From NCBI RefSeq assembly GCF_004010195.1, contig NW_025213622.1, positions 1 through 34,585 of the forward strand: DNA of 34,585 nt. The letters are read 5' to 3'. The notes below the pieces were generated by a model. The model had not been told where the DNA came from. It was given only the letters and a program-made list of their open reading frames with translations, and ran no database searches. The position numbers and the translations under genes are program-made. Source of the stretch: Chiloscyllium plagiosum (lineage: Eukaryota). Within the stretch, counting starts at the first letter, position 1. Each line of letters begins with the position of its first letter. Of the stretch, positions 22,974 through 34,548 are shown one piece after another.

Positions 22974-25134
22974 GCAACATTTCAGCAGATGATGGAGAAC
23001 ATATTACAATGTCTACTCCATGTCATCATTTATCTTGATGATATGATAATAGCAAGGAAGACCAATAAAGAGCATTTAGAGAACTTGGACACAGTCCTTA
23101 GATATTACTCCCGGGTGGGTCTAGAACTAGAACATAGAACCTAGATAAGTACAGAACCGAACAGGCCCTTTGGCCCACGATGTTGTGCCGAGGATTAATC
23201 CTAATGTAAAATATAATAACAACCTATGCACCCCTCAACTCACTGTTATCCATGTGCATGTCCAGCAGTCGCTTAAATGTCCCCAATGACTCTGCTTCCA
23301 CCACCACAGCTGGCAACGCATTCCATGCATTCACAACTGTCTGCATAAAGAACCCACCTCTGACGTCTCCTTTATAGCTTCCTCCTAATATCTTCAAACT
23401 ATGACCCCTCATACCAGTCAGTCCTGCCCTGGGGAAAAGTCTCTGGTATTGACACTATCTATTCCTCTCATTATCTTGTACACCTCAATCAGGTCACCTC
23501 TCTTCCTCCTCCTCTCCAGAAAGAAAAGTATGAGCTTAGTCAACCTTTCTTCATAAGGCAAGTGCTCCAGTCCAGGCAGCATCCTGGTAAACCTTCTTTG
23601 CACACTCCCCAAAGCCTCTGTATCTTTCCTATTGCAGGGCGACCAGAAGTGCGCACAATATTCCAAGTGGGGTCTCACCAGGGTTTTGTAGAGCTGCAGC
23701 AAAACCTCGCAGCTCTTAAACTCGATCCCCCGTTAATGAGAGCCAAAACACCATATGCTTTCTTAACAACCCTATCCACTTGGGTGGCAAGGTTGAGGGA
23801 TCTATGTACTTGCACACCCAAATCCCTCTGTTCCTCCGCACTGCCAAGAATCCTGTGTTTAATCCTATATTCAGCATTCGAGTTCGATCTTCCAAAATGC
23901 ATCACTTCGCATTTATCCAAGTTGAACTCCATCTGTCATTTTTTAGCCCAGCTCTACATCCTGTCTATGTCGTGCTGCAGCCTGCAATAGCCCTCGATAT
24001 CAACGGCACCTCCAGCCTTTGTGTCATTGGCAAATTTACTAACCCACCCCTCAACCTCCTCATCCAAGTCATTTATAAAAACTACAAAGAGCAGAGGCCC
24101 AAGAACAGAGCCCTGCGGGATCCCACTCAACACTGACCTCCAGGCAGAATACTTTCCATCTACAACCACTCTCTGCCTTCTGTCAGCCAGCCAATTATGA
24201 ATCCAGATAGCCAAGTCTACCTGCATCCCACACTTACTGACTTTATGACTGAGCCTACCATGGGGAACCCTATCAAATGCCTTGCTGAAGTCCATATACA
24301 CCACATCCACTGCTCAACCTTCATCGACCTTTCTTGTCACCTCCTCAAAGAACTCAATAAGATTTGTGAGACATGACCTGCCCCTCACAAAGCCATGCTG
24401 ACTGTTTTTAATCACACTATGCTTTTCCAAATAATCATAAATCCTATCCCTCAGAATTCTTTCCAAAACCTTGCTGACCACAGACGTAAGACTGACTGGC
24501 CTGAATTTGCCAGAGATTTCCCTATTACCTCCTCGAAAAGAGGAACAACATTCGCCTCCTTCCAATTCTCTGGTACGACTCCCGTGGAGAGTGAGGAACC
24601 AAAGATCTTTGCCAGCGGCTTAGCAACCTCCTTTCTCGCTTCCCAGAGCAGCCTGGGATAAATCTGGTCTGGCCCAGGGGACTTATCGATCTTAATGTTT
24701 GCCAAAATTCCCAGCACATCAACTTCATCAATTTTGATCTGTTCAAGCCTCCAGCTCCTGAAAATTCTCGTTCACAACAAGGTCCCTTTCCTTAATGAAA
24801 ACCGAATCAAAAAACTCACTTAGGGCTTTCCCTATCTGCCCAGACTCCACACACAAGTTCCATATGCTTATCCCTAACCGGCCACGCCTTCTCCCTGATT
24901 ATTCTCTTATTCCTCACATTTGAGTAAAATGCCTTTGGGTTCTCCCTAATCCCTCCTGCCAAGCCTTTTTCGTGCCCCCTTCTGGCTCTCCTCAGTCCAT
25001 TTCTAAGCTCCTTTCCAGCAAGCCTGCAATCCTCTAAAGCTGTGCTAGATCCTTACTTCCTCCATCTTATGTAAGCTGCCTTCTTCCTTTTGATAAGGAG
25101 CTCCTCTGTTCTCGTCATCCGAGGTTCCTTAATC

Positions 25135-25597
25135 CTGCAGGTCCTTGGACTCCTCCATCGCCAGACCATAGCAACATGACGGCTGGAGGAAGAGCGCCTC
25201 ATCTTCCGCCTAGGAACCCTCCAACCACAAGGGATGAACTCAGATTTCTCCAGTTTCCTCATTTCCCCTCCCCCCACCTTGTCTCAGTCCCAACCCTCAA
25301 ACTCAGCACCACCTTCCTAACCTGCAATCTTCTTCCTGACCTCTCCGCCCCCACCCCCACTCCGACCTATCACCCTCACTTTAACCTCCTTCCACCTATC
25401 ACATTTCCAACGCCCCTCCCCCAAGTCTCTCCTCCCTACCTTTTATCTTAGCCTGCTTGGCACACTCTCCTCATTCCTGAAGAAGGGCTCATGCCCGAAA
25501 CGTCGATTCTCCTGTTCCCTGGATGCTGCCTGACCTGCTGTGCTTTTCCAGCAACACATTTTCAGCTCTCATCTCCAGCATCTGCAGTCCTCACTTT
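25135..25597 (+). mobile_element. 5'-truncated Penelope element (endonuclease C-terminus plus pLTR) inserted in the CR1
   Basis: 10-bp TSD TTCCTTAATC (25125-25134 / 25598-25607); encodes QVLGLLHRQTIAT*RLEEERLIFRLGTLQPQGMN. Removing it restores the CR1 reading GKIKEPRMTR. Confidence 0.9.
25473..25508 (+). ncRNA. Minimal hammerhead ribozyme motif in the Penelope pLTR
   Basis: attc CTGAAGA A GGGC tcat GCCC GAAA C GTC gatt; core intact, one U-U mismatch in stem I. Confidence 0.75.
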
Positions 25598-28162
25598 TTC
25601 CTTAATCTTACCCCTTCTTACCTGTCTCAGAGGAACAAATATTTGCATCACTCGCAACAACTGCTCCTTAAATAGTCTCCACATGTCTGCTGTGCCCTTT
25701 CTGTGGAACAATTGCTCCCAACCTGTACTTCCTAACTCCTGTCTGATAGCGTTATAATTTCCTTTTCCCCAATTAAATATCTTCCCTCGGTAACTGCTCC
25801 TTTCCCTCTCGAAGGCTATGATAAATGTGAGGCAGTTGTGATGACTGTCACCAAAGTGTTCTCCCACCGTGAGATCTGACACCTGTCCTGGCTCGTCGCC
25901 AAGCACCAAATCCAAAATGGCCTCTCCCCTCGTCGGCCTGGCTACATACTGAGTAAGGAAACCCTCCTGAACACACCTGACAAAAACGGCTCCATCCAAA
26001 CCATCTGCATTTAGGAGATTCCAGTTGATATTGGGAACATTGAAATCACCCATAACAACAACGCTGCTACATCTGCATTTTTCCAAAATCTGCCGGCCTA
26101 TGAGATCTTTAATCTCCCTACTGCTATTAGAGGGTCTGTAGAAAAGCCCCAATGCGGTGGCTGTTCCCTTGCCGTTCCTAACTCCCACCCGTACTGACTC
26201 AGTAGACAAACCTTCCTCAACAATCTTCGTTTCTGTAGCTGTGACGCACTCTCTGATTAACAATGCTACACTCCCTCCTCTTTTTCCACCCTCCCTGTTC
26301 TTTTTAAATGTTATAAACCCTGGAACATCAAGCAACCATTCCTGCCCCTGTGAAACCCACGTCTCCGTTATGGCCACAACATCATAGTCCCAGGTGCTGA
26401 TCCATGCTCTAAGTTCATCACTCTGACACTCCTTGCGTTAACTGATCCCTTTGTTTCATCACGTGAGAAACCTTCCTGATAGATTCATTACATCCTGTCA
26501 CTGCCCCCCTCTCAGATATGTAGTTCTAATTCCCAACCCCCTGCCAAACTACTTTAAACCCTTCTGAACCACATGAGCTAATCTCCCACCCAGGACATTT
26601 GTGCCCCTCCAGGTCAGGTGCAGCCCGTCCTTCATGTACAGGTCCCACCTTCCCCAGAAGGTATCCCAATGGCCAAGGTATCTGAAGCCCTCCCTCCTGC
26701 ACCAGCCTCGCAGCCACGTGTTAAACTGCATTCACTGACTGTTCCTCATCTCACTATCTCGTGGCACTGGTAGCAAACCTGGGATCACTACTCTACTCAT
26801 TCTGCTCTTCAACGTCCAACCTAACTCTCTGTAGTCACTTTTCAGATCCTCAATCCCTTTCCTGGCCACATCATTGGGTCTATGCCTTAGAAGGGAGAAA
26901 TATGTGTTCCAAGCACCCCAAGTGACCTACTTTGGTACAGAATCAACAAGACCGGGTTATGCCCACTGAAAGATGAAATGAGGGCGATCAAAGGTGCTCC
27001 GGCTCCCACGTCTGTTACGGAGCTTAAGTCTTTCCTTGGGCTGTTGAATTACTGTGGAAAGCTGAGAGAAAACCTAGCCTCCACCTAGCATCTTTACATC
27101 AGCTCTTAAAGAAGAATCAGCCGCGGAAATGGTCACATGGCCAAGCCATAGCTTTCAGTGAAGTGAAGAAACAGCTCATATCCTCGAAGGTGTTGACAGA
27201 CTATGATCCTAAGCAAGATCTGATATTAATCTGCAATATCTCCCCGTATGGCATCAGGAGGGTATTAGCTCATTGGTGATCCAATGGAGAGGAACGCCCA
27301 ATAGTATGTACTTCCTGGACTTCAGCTAATACAGAGTGTAAATACATTCAGACAGAGAAAGAAGGTTTGGCAGTCATATTTGGTCATATTGCACCACTGC
27401 CTTTTCAGATGTCAATGTGTAATAACAATGGAACACAATCCCTGCCAGGTCGACTTAAAGAGGATGAGGCTGTGCCGCCCATAACTGTTGGTCGAATTCA
27501 GCAATGTTTCTAAAATTAAGTGTGTGTCATTATAAATTGGAACACCATCTGGGAGAACAAGAATGTGGGTGCATTGAGCTGCCTCCCACTGGCAGGAACA
27601 TCACCAGAGGTACCACCACTGGGAGAGTCCGTAATCACAGCTGACAATATCAGACTTTGGATGCAGAAAGATCCAGTCCTGGCAAAACTGAAATGGCTGG
27701 TGGTGATGGGGGTAACTGAATGGCCATTACAACCGGAACTGAAACCTTGTTGACCTGGAGAGACCAGATCATAGCAGAAGATGGTATATTATTGTGGGGA
27801 GCAAGAGTGATTGTCCGGAGCAAAGGGCACCACCAGATAGTGGCTGTCCTCCACCAGCGTCATCCAGGGGTTTCCAAAATGAAGGTGTTGGCGAGAAGTT
27901 ATGCCTGGTGGCCAGGACATACCTGCAAGGGTGGGGCAGTGCTCACGTGCCAGTATTACCACCACAGCTCCCTCATATTCATGGGAATGACTGAGAACCC
28001 TGGACTCAGTTACATGATGATGATGTAGTTCCTTTCATGTATTCAATGCTCTTGGTCATTGTGATGCCCACTCAAAGTGGCTGGACGTACATAGATTTCA
28101 CTCATCAAACACAAGGACAATAGCCAAATTGCATGCTTTTTGTTTGCAATACATGGACACCT

Positions 28163-28473
28163 GGGGCAGCACAGTGGCTCAGTGATTAGCACTGCTGCCT
28201 CACAGTGCTCGGGACCTGGGTTCAATTCCAACCTTGGGCAACTATCTACGTGGAGTTTGCACATTCTCCCAGTGTTTGTGTGGGCTTCCTCTGGGTGCTC
28301 CGGTTTCCTCCCACAATCCAAAGATGTGCAGGTCAGGTGAATTGGTCATGCTAAATTGCCCAGAGGGAAATGGGTCTGGGTGGGTTACTCTTCAGAGGGT
28401 CAGTGTGGACTTGTTGGGCAGAAGGACCTGTTTCTACACTGTAGAGAATCTCATCTAATCTAATCTAATCTAA
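28163..28473 (+). mobile_element. HE1-type tRNA-derived SINE (V-SINE) inserted in the Gypsy integrase
   Basis: Pol III A box tggctcagtgattag and B box ggttcaattcc; V-domain tggagtttgcacattctccc...ccggtttcctcccaca; (TCTAA)n tail. It splits the integrase at FAIHG/VLVTDNG. Confidence 0.9.
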
Positions 28474-29734
28474 GTGTTGGTCACAGATAATGGGCCATCG
28501 TTTACCAGTGGGGAATTTGGGTATTTCCTAAAGTCAAATGGTATTCCACATCGATGGACAGCTCCATACCATCCATCGTCAAATAGTCTGACTGAAAGAG
28601 CAATCCAAACTTTGAAAGCAGGCTTAAAGAAACATCCAATAGCTTCACAAGATATCAAACTACCTGGTTCCTATTCGATTATCGGACCGTCTCTCATGTA
28701 TGTACAGGGATAGCTCCAGCACAGTTGCTATCGGGGAGAAGACTCTGCAGCTGGTTAAATCTGATCTTCCCAAATCTGGTGGTGAGGTTGGAATGGCATC
28801 AGAAACGTCAATGCCAGCTACTTGCTTCCACTAAGCAAGACAGACAGTTTACTTCAGAGGGCAAAGTTTGATGTACGAACCACAGGAATGGCCCTGCATG
28901 GGTAAGAAGCATGGTCAACATGAGGTCAGGTCCAGTGATGTATAAAGTTTGGGTAAGTGCGATGGTCCTGAACAAACATGTGGACCATAGGAAAGCTGTA
29001 CACTTGCAAACAGTGCAGTGCCCAGCTCCTTGACAGCCTGACTGTTCCAGAACACCCATGGGAGGCATTGAAGAGACCTTGGAATCTGAGATGGACACGT
29101 CAGATGTTACAGCCTGAAGAGGGGAATGCATCTCTTCCAAGATGCTCTGGGCATGAAAGGTGAAATACCATGTATTACATGCCTCTTATATCAGAGGCAG
29201 AGTCGGAGGAACCTGACCCAGTGCTCAAACACCCCAGGAGGAAATACAAAAAAAACTGGCCTGTGTCCTCAGACTCAGGGAGAGGGATATAGTGATTGTA
29301 ATGAGGTTAGCCAGGTGGGCCTCATAGAATATGAGTTCCCTGACTGGAGCTGTTATTCTGGTCCAATCAGGGAGCCCAATCTGACGGATATAAACAGGAG
29401 TGTCAGAGGTTCTGTTCACTCTGAGAGCTGGCTCTGAGGGAGTTGGATCAGTGTCAAGGACACTCCATGTGTAAGTAAAGGGTGATTCGAAGATGGGATA
29501 CCGGCCTCTGTGGATATTTCACCTCTTATTCATGAAACTCAAAATTTCAATTGCTGTCCTAGTCACATCCCATGAATAACTGAAACAAATGCTTTGCTGA
29601 ACACTGCAGGATGTGAGTTGATGAGGTCAGGAGATTGGGGGGGTGAATGTTGATGGGATGTGTGTGAGGGGTTCGGTAAAGGGTTGGGTAAGGGAAAAGA
29701 GGTGGGTTACACAAAAATAAGGAGATTAATAAAT

Positions 29735-31400
29735 TGGACCCTGTGGCACTCCACTAATTACTGGTTGTCATCCTGAAAATGGCCCCTTCCTCCCAACTGT
29801 CTATGTTCTGTTCTTCTATTCATGCCCAAACACCATGGGCTCTTATATTATTAAGCACATTTGTGTAATACTTTATTAAATGTTATTTGGAAATCCAAAT
29901 ATATTAAATATACTGGTTCCCTTTATCTATCCTCATTTCTACCTCCTGAAAGAACTCCAGTAAAGTTGTCAGGCATGATTTCCCCTTCATGAAGCTTGAG
30001 TAGCATTTGTGAATGGTGTGCTATTACAATCTTTATAATATACTCTTAACATTTTCCCAAGAACAGATATTAGGCTTACTTACCTATGGTTACCTGTTTC
30101 CTTGTCTCCTCTTTTTTAAAAAGGTGTTACATTAGCAGTTTGCTAATTCTCTGGTATTTCTCCAGAATCTAAGGTTTCCTGGAAGATTAGTGTTTGCTCA
30201 TGCACTATCTCTATAGCTAATTCCTTTGGTATCCTATGATGCATCCCAACAGGTCTTTAACCCCATTAGTGATAGTTAATATCCTCCCTTCCTTTAGCTC
30301 TTGATTATTGAGTGACTTTGCAATGCTGTTAATATCTTCGACAGAGGCCTGATGCATAGTATTTATTCAATTCCTCTGTCATTTTTTAGTTTCCCATTAT
30401 TAGTATTTCTCCAGCCCCATTCTCTAAGTGGTTTATGTTCACTTTGGCTCCTGTTTTCCTTTTTATATATTTAAAGAAGCTCTTACCCTTAATTTTATTT
30501 ATTGCTAGCCAGTTTCCAATCAAAGTTTATTTTCTCCCTTTAATTTATTTTGTTTTTTCGTTGGTTTTTAAGAGTTTGCTAATTCTCTGGTCTTCCATTA
30601 AGTTTGCCACATTGTATGTTTTTTCCTTCAATTTGATACTGTCCTTAACGTCTCTGGCTAACCTTGGTCCATTTATCCTCTTCCTTGAAATCTCCTTTGT
30701 CACTGGGCTGCCCATTCCTTAAGTTATTAATCAACTGCCTTTTATGCTGAACCTCTTTCCCAACGCACTCCCTCATTCATTTATAATTACCTTTATTTAA
30801 GCTTAGCATAGTTGTTTCTGACCCAGGTTTCTCACTTTCAGACTGAGTACTAAACTCGACCATGTTATGGTTGTTGTTTCCTAAAAGATCTTTCACTAGA
30901 CAGCTATTTATTTAACCTGCATCAGTACATACTCCAACATACTCGCAATATATTGTTCGACAAAACTGATCCAAATATACTCTATGAATTCTTCCTCATG
31001 GCTACATTTGTGGTGGGAGTGGAGGGAGATGGAAAGATTTAAGTAACCTATAATTAATGTACTGCCCTTTTTACATGCCCTCATTATCTCCAACATATTC
31101 TCTATCCTACTGAATAGCTACTGCGAGGGAACCGACAGATTACTCCCAACAGTGTCTTCTTCCCCATGTGATTTCTTACCTCCACCCTTGTGATTTCCAC
31201 ATTTACCAATCCAAGATTGTATCTTGCTATCACATTTATTCCACTTGTACTAACTGTGCTACCTCACATACTTTCCTTCCTTTCCATTGTTTTGAAAAGT
31301 CACATGCCTCTGAGTATTCAACTCTCAACTTTGACCTCCTTTTAACCATGTCTCAGTAATGGCGCTAAGGTAATGCCCATTGCTCTCTATTTGTGTTGTT
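29735..31400 (-). mobile_element. Old CR1 ORF2 relic
   Basis: Degenerate motifs: IYLDFQITFNK-like (~29875-29905) and ACKKGSTLIIGYLN (APE, ~31040-31080). Confidence 0.65.
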
Positions 31401-32753
31401 AATTCATTTACTGTTTTTTTCTATAAATCCCACCTGCATTTATGTATAACACTAATGATAATGACCTTTTGTGATTGTTTTCCTCTCCTTGATCCTACAT
31501 GTTGTTGTTTTTTTTGTTGATACATTCTGTCCTGTACTGTCAACCTCTGGCTATCATTACCCTAATTGCTGCTTTGGGTTCTTCCCAATCAGCTGAACAA
31601 AAGTGGGGATTATAGACACTGAGTAGAACAATGTTTTGCAAATCACTTTCTAAACGTGGATCTCTGTTCTATGTATTGTAGAGGCTTTGGGTATGATGTG
31701 AAAATGGTAATTATACTGAGAATGTATAAGGGACAAGAACCTGCTGTGATTTAAACTGCAGCCAGTCTATTCATTACTGTTAACACTGTCAGATTTAATT
31801 GACCTTTTTTACTCTAGTTGTAGCTTTGCATCTGGATTTAGAATTTGAGAATGCACCGGTAAGTGACCCTTTGGTCTCTCCCTACATACACCAGGAAGAA
31901 TGAGGACAAACATATCTTCACTCAAGAGATTTTCTCCATCTCATGTTCACAAGGATTTTCTTATCTTGAAGATGTTTTAGAATAAGACATCAGAACTATA
32001 CAAATAAAATAAGGGAATGAATGAGATGAAAAGCCATATGTAAATATTGATGTAATTTGAACTGCATTAACTCTCAGTTTAATTATAATACCAAGCAGTT
32101 CTCTGTGTCTGCATGTTGTAAATAATACTTTTATGCATTATTGCTTCTTAAATTCTTGTCAACAATGGTCAGTTAACACTCCAACTTTTAAACAGACTCA
32201 TAACAAAAAGATCTGAAAAGATGTTCCAAAGAACAGTGGTTCGATCAATGTAAAACATCTCAATCAACACTGCCATCTTTGCAATGTGTGACTTGTCTCT
32301 TCCTTGATCAGAGTGACAAAAATAACAGACAAGTCCTCACAATCTCATAGCCAGCCAGATGTCAGAGCAGTTAGTGGGAGCGGGAAGCAGGGATGGGGCA
32401 CAGAGGCTGAGAGAGTGGTGGAAGTGGAAGGGAACAGAAAGGGTTGCAGGAGTTGGGGGGGGGTGAGGTGGGGGATGTGATACCAGAGGCTGCTGTGATC
32501 CAAAAACAAGAATAAGGCTGTCCAATGGCAGAGCAAGGCGCTCAGCAATTGCCGTTGGATTTGTCAAGTTCCCAACAGGGCTCAAGTTCAACCTTGGAAA
32601 AGCAATCTGTTAAGACATTGGGTCTGAGTATGTCCTGCTCCACACACTCAGGCTCCAGCACATTCAGCACCATCATCGTTGTGAGGTTGGATGGCAGATG
32701 TCACTGTTTGTGCTGACAGCCTGTGACTCCAGGTAGGGCCCAGTCTCACTTAC

Positions 32754-32883
32754 CGACAGTGCTTGTTATTGCCAGTCAGGGTTTCAATGATGAAGCATTC
32801 ACCCTCATTGAGGCAGTAAGCCAGGTCTTTATCAGTGCACGGCTTAAAATGTTCTGACCTTTCTGTAGTGTAGGTTGTTGTGG
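32754..32883 (-). CDS. NRG3: Neuregulin-3 (or NRG3 paralog) internal coding exon, N-terminal part of the EGF-like domain (Cys1-Cys4)
   Basis: Minus strand: branch-like CTAAT, pyrimidine tract cttgtcatttttttattcctgcAG acceptor, 130-nt exon (phase 1 to phase 2), then TCG|GTAAGT donor. Translation (x)TTTYTTERSEHFKPCTDKDLAYCLNEGECFIIETLTGNNKHC(R) matches my recollection of human NRG3 TTTYSTERSEHFKPCRDKDLAYCLNDGECFVIETLTGSHKHCR (about 36/42 identical, from memory). Confidence 0.95.
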
Positions 32884-33415
32884 CTGCAGGAATAAAAAAA
32901 TGACAAGATTAGGATTCAGAGTTAGCCCCAAAATAAACCCCCACCCCTCCTCCATTGCCATGTCATCCGAGAGTCATATGTCACAAAAAGAGCAAAGGAG
33001 CAGGAAAGAGATTGGCCCATGATTGATTCTGTCTGCTCTCTTTGATCAAAAATGGAAGGATAAGCCTTTCTGTGTTATTGACACCTCGACTGCAGACATA
33101 ACACCATCACATTGGACCCAGTCACTGGGCAGACTTCAGATTGAGAGTGAACTTCAGGCAGCAGCACCCACCTTGACCCGCAGCCCCACTTCATTAATTA
33201 GTCTCCAACAGTGGATTCAAAATGAGGCTAACACCCACTTGGAGCCCCACGTTCATTGGGTCATGATAACGACCAGCAGCTTCCCTCAGTCCACGACCCC
33301 TTCATTGGCTGATGGTCCAAGTCTTCTGAAACTATTCTGTGAAGACCCTCTGCTTGTCCAAAGCAAACATACTCTAGACGATTGATAACAGCAACCTGAC
33401 CACACTGACCAGACC

Positions 33416-33822
33416 AAAGTCCCTCTACACTGCCACCCTCAAATACACCCAAAACAGGGACAGCATGGGGTTAGATACAGAATAAAGCTTCCTCTACACT
33501 GACACCCTCAAATACACCCAAACCAGGGACAGCATGGGGTTAGATACAGAGTAAAGCTTCCTCTACACTGACCCCCATCAAACACATCCAGGACAGGGAG
33601 AGCATGGGGTTAGATACAGAGTAAAGCTTCCTCTACATTGTCCCCTATCAAACACATCCAGGACAGGGAGAGCATGGGGTTAGATACAGAGTAAAGCTTC
33701 CTCTACATTGTCCCCTATCAAATACACACAGAGCAGGGCCAGCACAGGTTAGATAGAGAAAGGATCCCTCTATATTGTACCCATGAAACACTCCAAGGAC
33801 AGTTGCAAGATGAGGTTAGATC
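33416..33822. repeat. Tandem repeat, ~69-70-bp unit, about 6 copies
   Basis: ttagatacagagtaaagcttcctctacactg...cagggacagcatgggg; ttagat recurs at 33471, 33540, 33610, 33680, 33749 and 33816. Confidence 0.92.
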
Positions 33823-34439
33823 TGATAACTGAAGATTGCTCCAAAGAATCTTGTTTTAAAAACATGAACTAAACATTTCTGCAATAAAATTAAAATAAAC
33901 CCTGGAGATTTGGATAATTTTAAGGCTAAGAAAAAAAACAATGAAATGCACTGGAAATACTGGATCTTTAAATGATTGCTGTTGAGAAGCAGGTCCTCCA
34001 GCTCAGTGTGTCTATGCTGCGTTAGTGCAGGAACAATTTACTATTTGTCCCACTGCTTCACCACTTCCACAAAGGCCTGAGTAATGCTAACACAGGAGAA
34101 GCCTGCTGCCTTGCAATAACAAGGACTGATTCCACAAATAGTAAACCTCAAAGGGAGCAATAATTCACTGTACATGCCACACAGGACATTGAGCAACATC
34201 TTTGATGGAAATATTCCTGTCAGATATGCATAATGTTGTCCCTGATGGGTCACAGCCTAGGCCAGGAAATGTCCTGCTCTGTCATTTTGTTTGAGAGGCT
34301 GTGTGAAGGCAAGCATTTGTTTAAGGACAAGTTCTTGCTGATGAATACAATATTGTGCAAACACATTGTTGAGTGATAAGGAATCAACTGCTGTTTGGCC
34401 TTTGATTCAAACTGCTGTTCCTCAACAAGTGATGCTCAC

Positions 34440-34533
34440 CTGCTGTGAGGCCGGTCATCAGGGACAGCGGTCAGGTCCATACGGACTGAGTGCAGATCAT
34501 TGCAGCTCCAGCTATACAGCACGAAGTCAACCC
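34440..34533 (-). other. Candidate alternative upstream NRG3 exon (5' boundary uncertain)
   Basis: CAG|GTGAGC donor; ATG at 34458-34456 gives MTGLTA plus 1 nt, in phase with the EGF exon; local CpG retention. Confidence 0.25.
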
Positions 34534-34548
34534 TGTCGGTGAGGGGGC

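Larger units (their letters stand above)
23124..26874 (-). mobile_element. Long CR1 LINE (ORF1 esterase end, ORF2 APE and RT) inserted in the Gypsy RT
   Basis: 8-bp TSD TGGGTCTA (23116-23123 / 26875-26882) and (TTCTAG)n-like tail. ORF1 SGNH motif DGLHL; APE AITETW...MGDFN...LDLVL...[33 protein letters not shown]. Confidence 0.95.
21023..29521 (+). mobile_element. Ty3/Gypsy LTR retrotransposon, decayed but with both LTRs
   Basis: 5' LTR 21023-21255 and 3' LTR 29288-29521 (roughly 80-85% identical by eye). PBS-like tggtgac at 21257; PPT agggagaggga at 29277-29287; TSD CCTCG/CCTCT. Domains in Gypsy order: gag (PLFGKLD), protease end (GSGPSLMG), RT (GDF...YPIP, YLDD at 23031-23042, ELKSFLGLLNY), RNase H (EKEGLAVIFG), integrase ([33 protein letters not shown]). 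Confidence 0.93.

Noticed and set aside
25562..26377. 271-aa endonuclease ORF as a functional or domesticated gene
   Set aside because: It is the CR1 ORF2 APE domain, cut off by the Penelope insertion; the rest of ORF2 is frameshifted and the RT motif reads FAND.
28163..28235. tRNA gene
   Set aside because: The A and B boxes belong to the head of an HE1-type SINE that continues into the V-domain and a LINE-like tail.
1..32753. Next NRG3 exon (CKEGYQGVRCDQFLPK-like)
   Set aside because: I searched the minus strand by eye and did not find it. It probably lies beyond position 1, but TBLASTN is needed to exclude it.
32776..32961. 61-aa ORF overlapping the NRG3 exon
   Set aside because: It is in the wrong frame and runs through the splice acceptor; the EGF frame is the supported one.
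33023..33385. 120-aa plus-strand ORF
   Set aside because: It has a non-ATG start, no motifs, and is antisense within an NRG3 intron.
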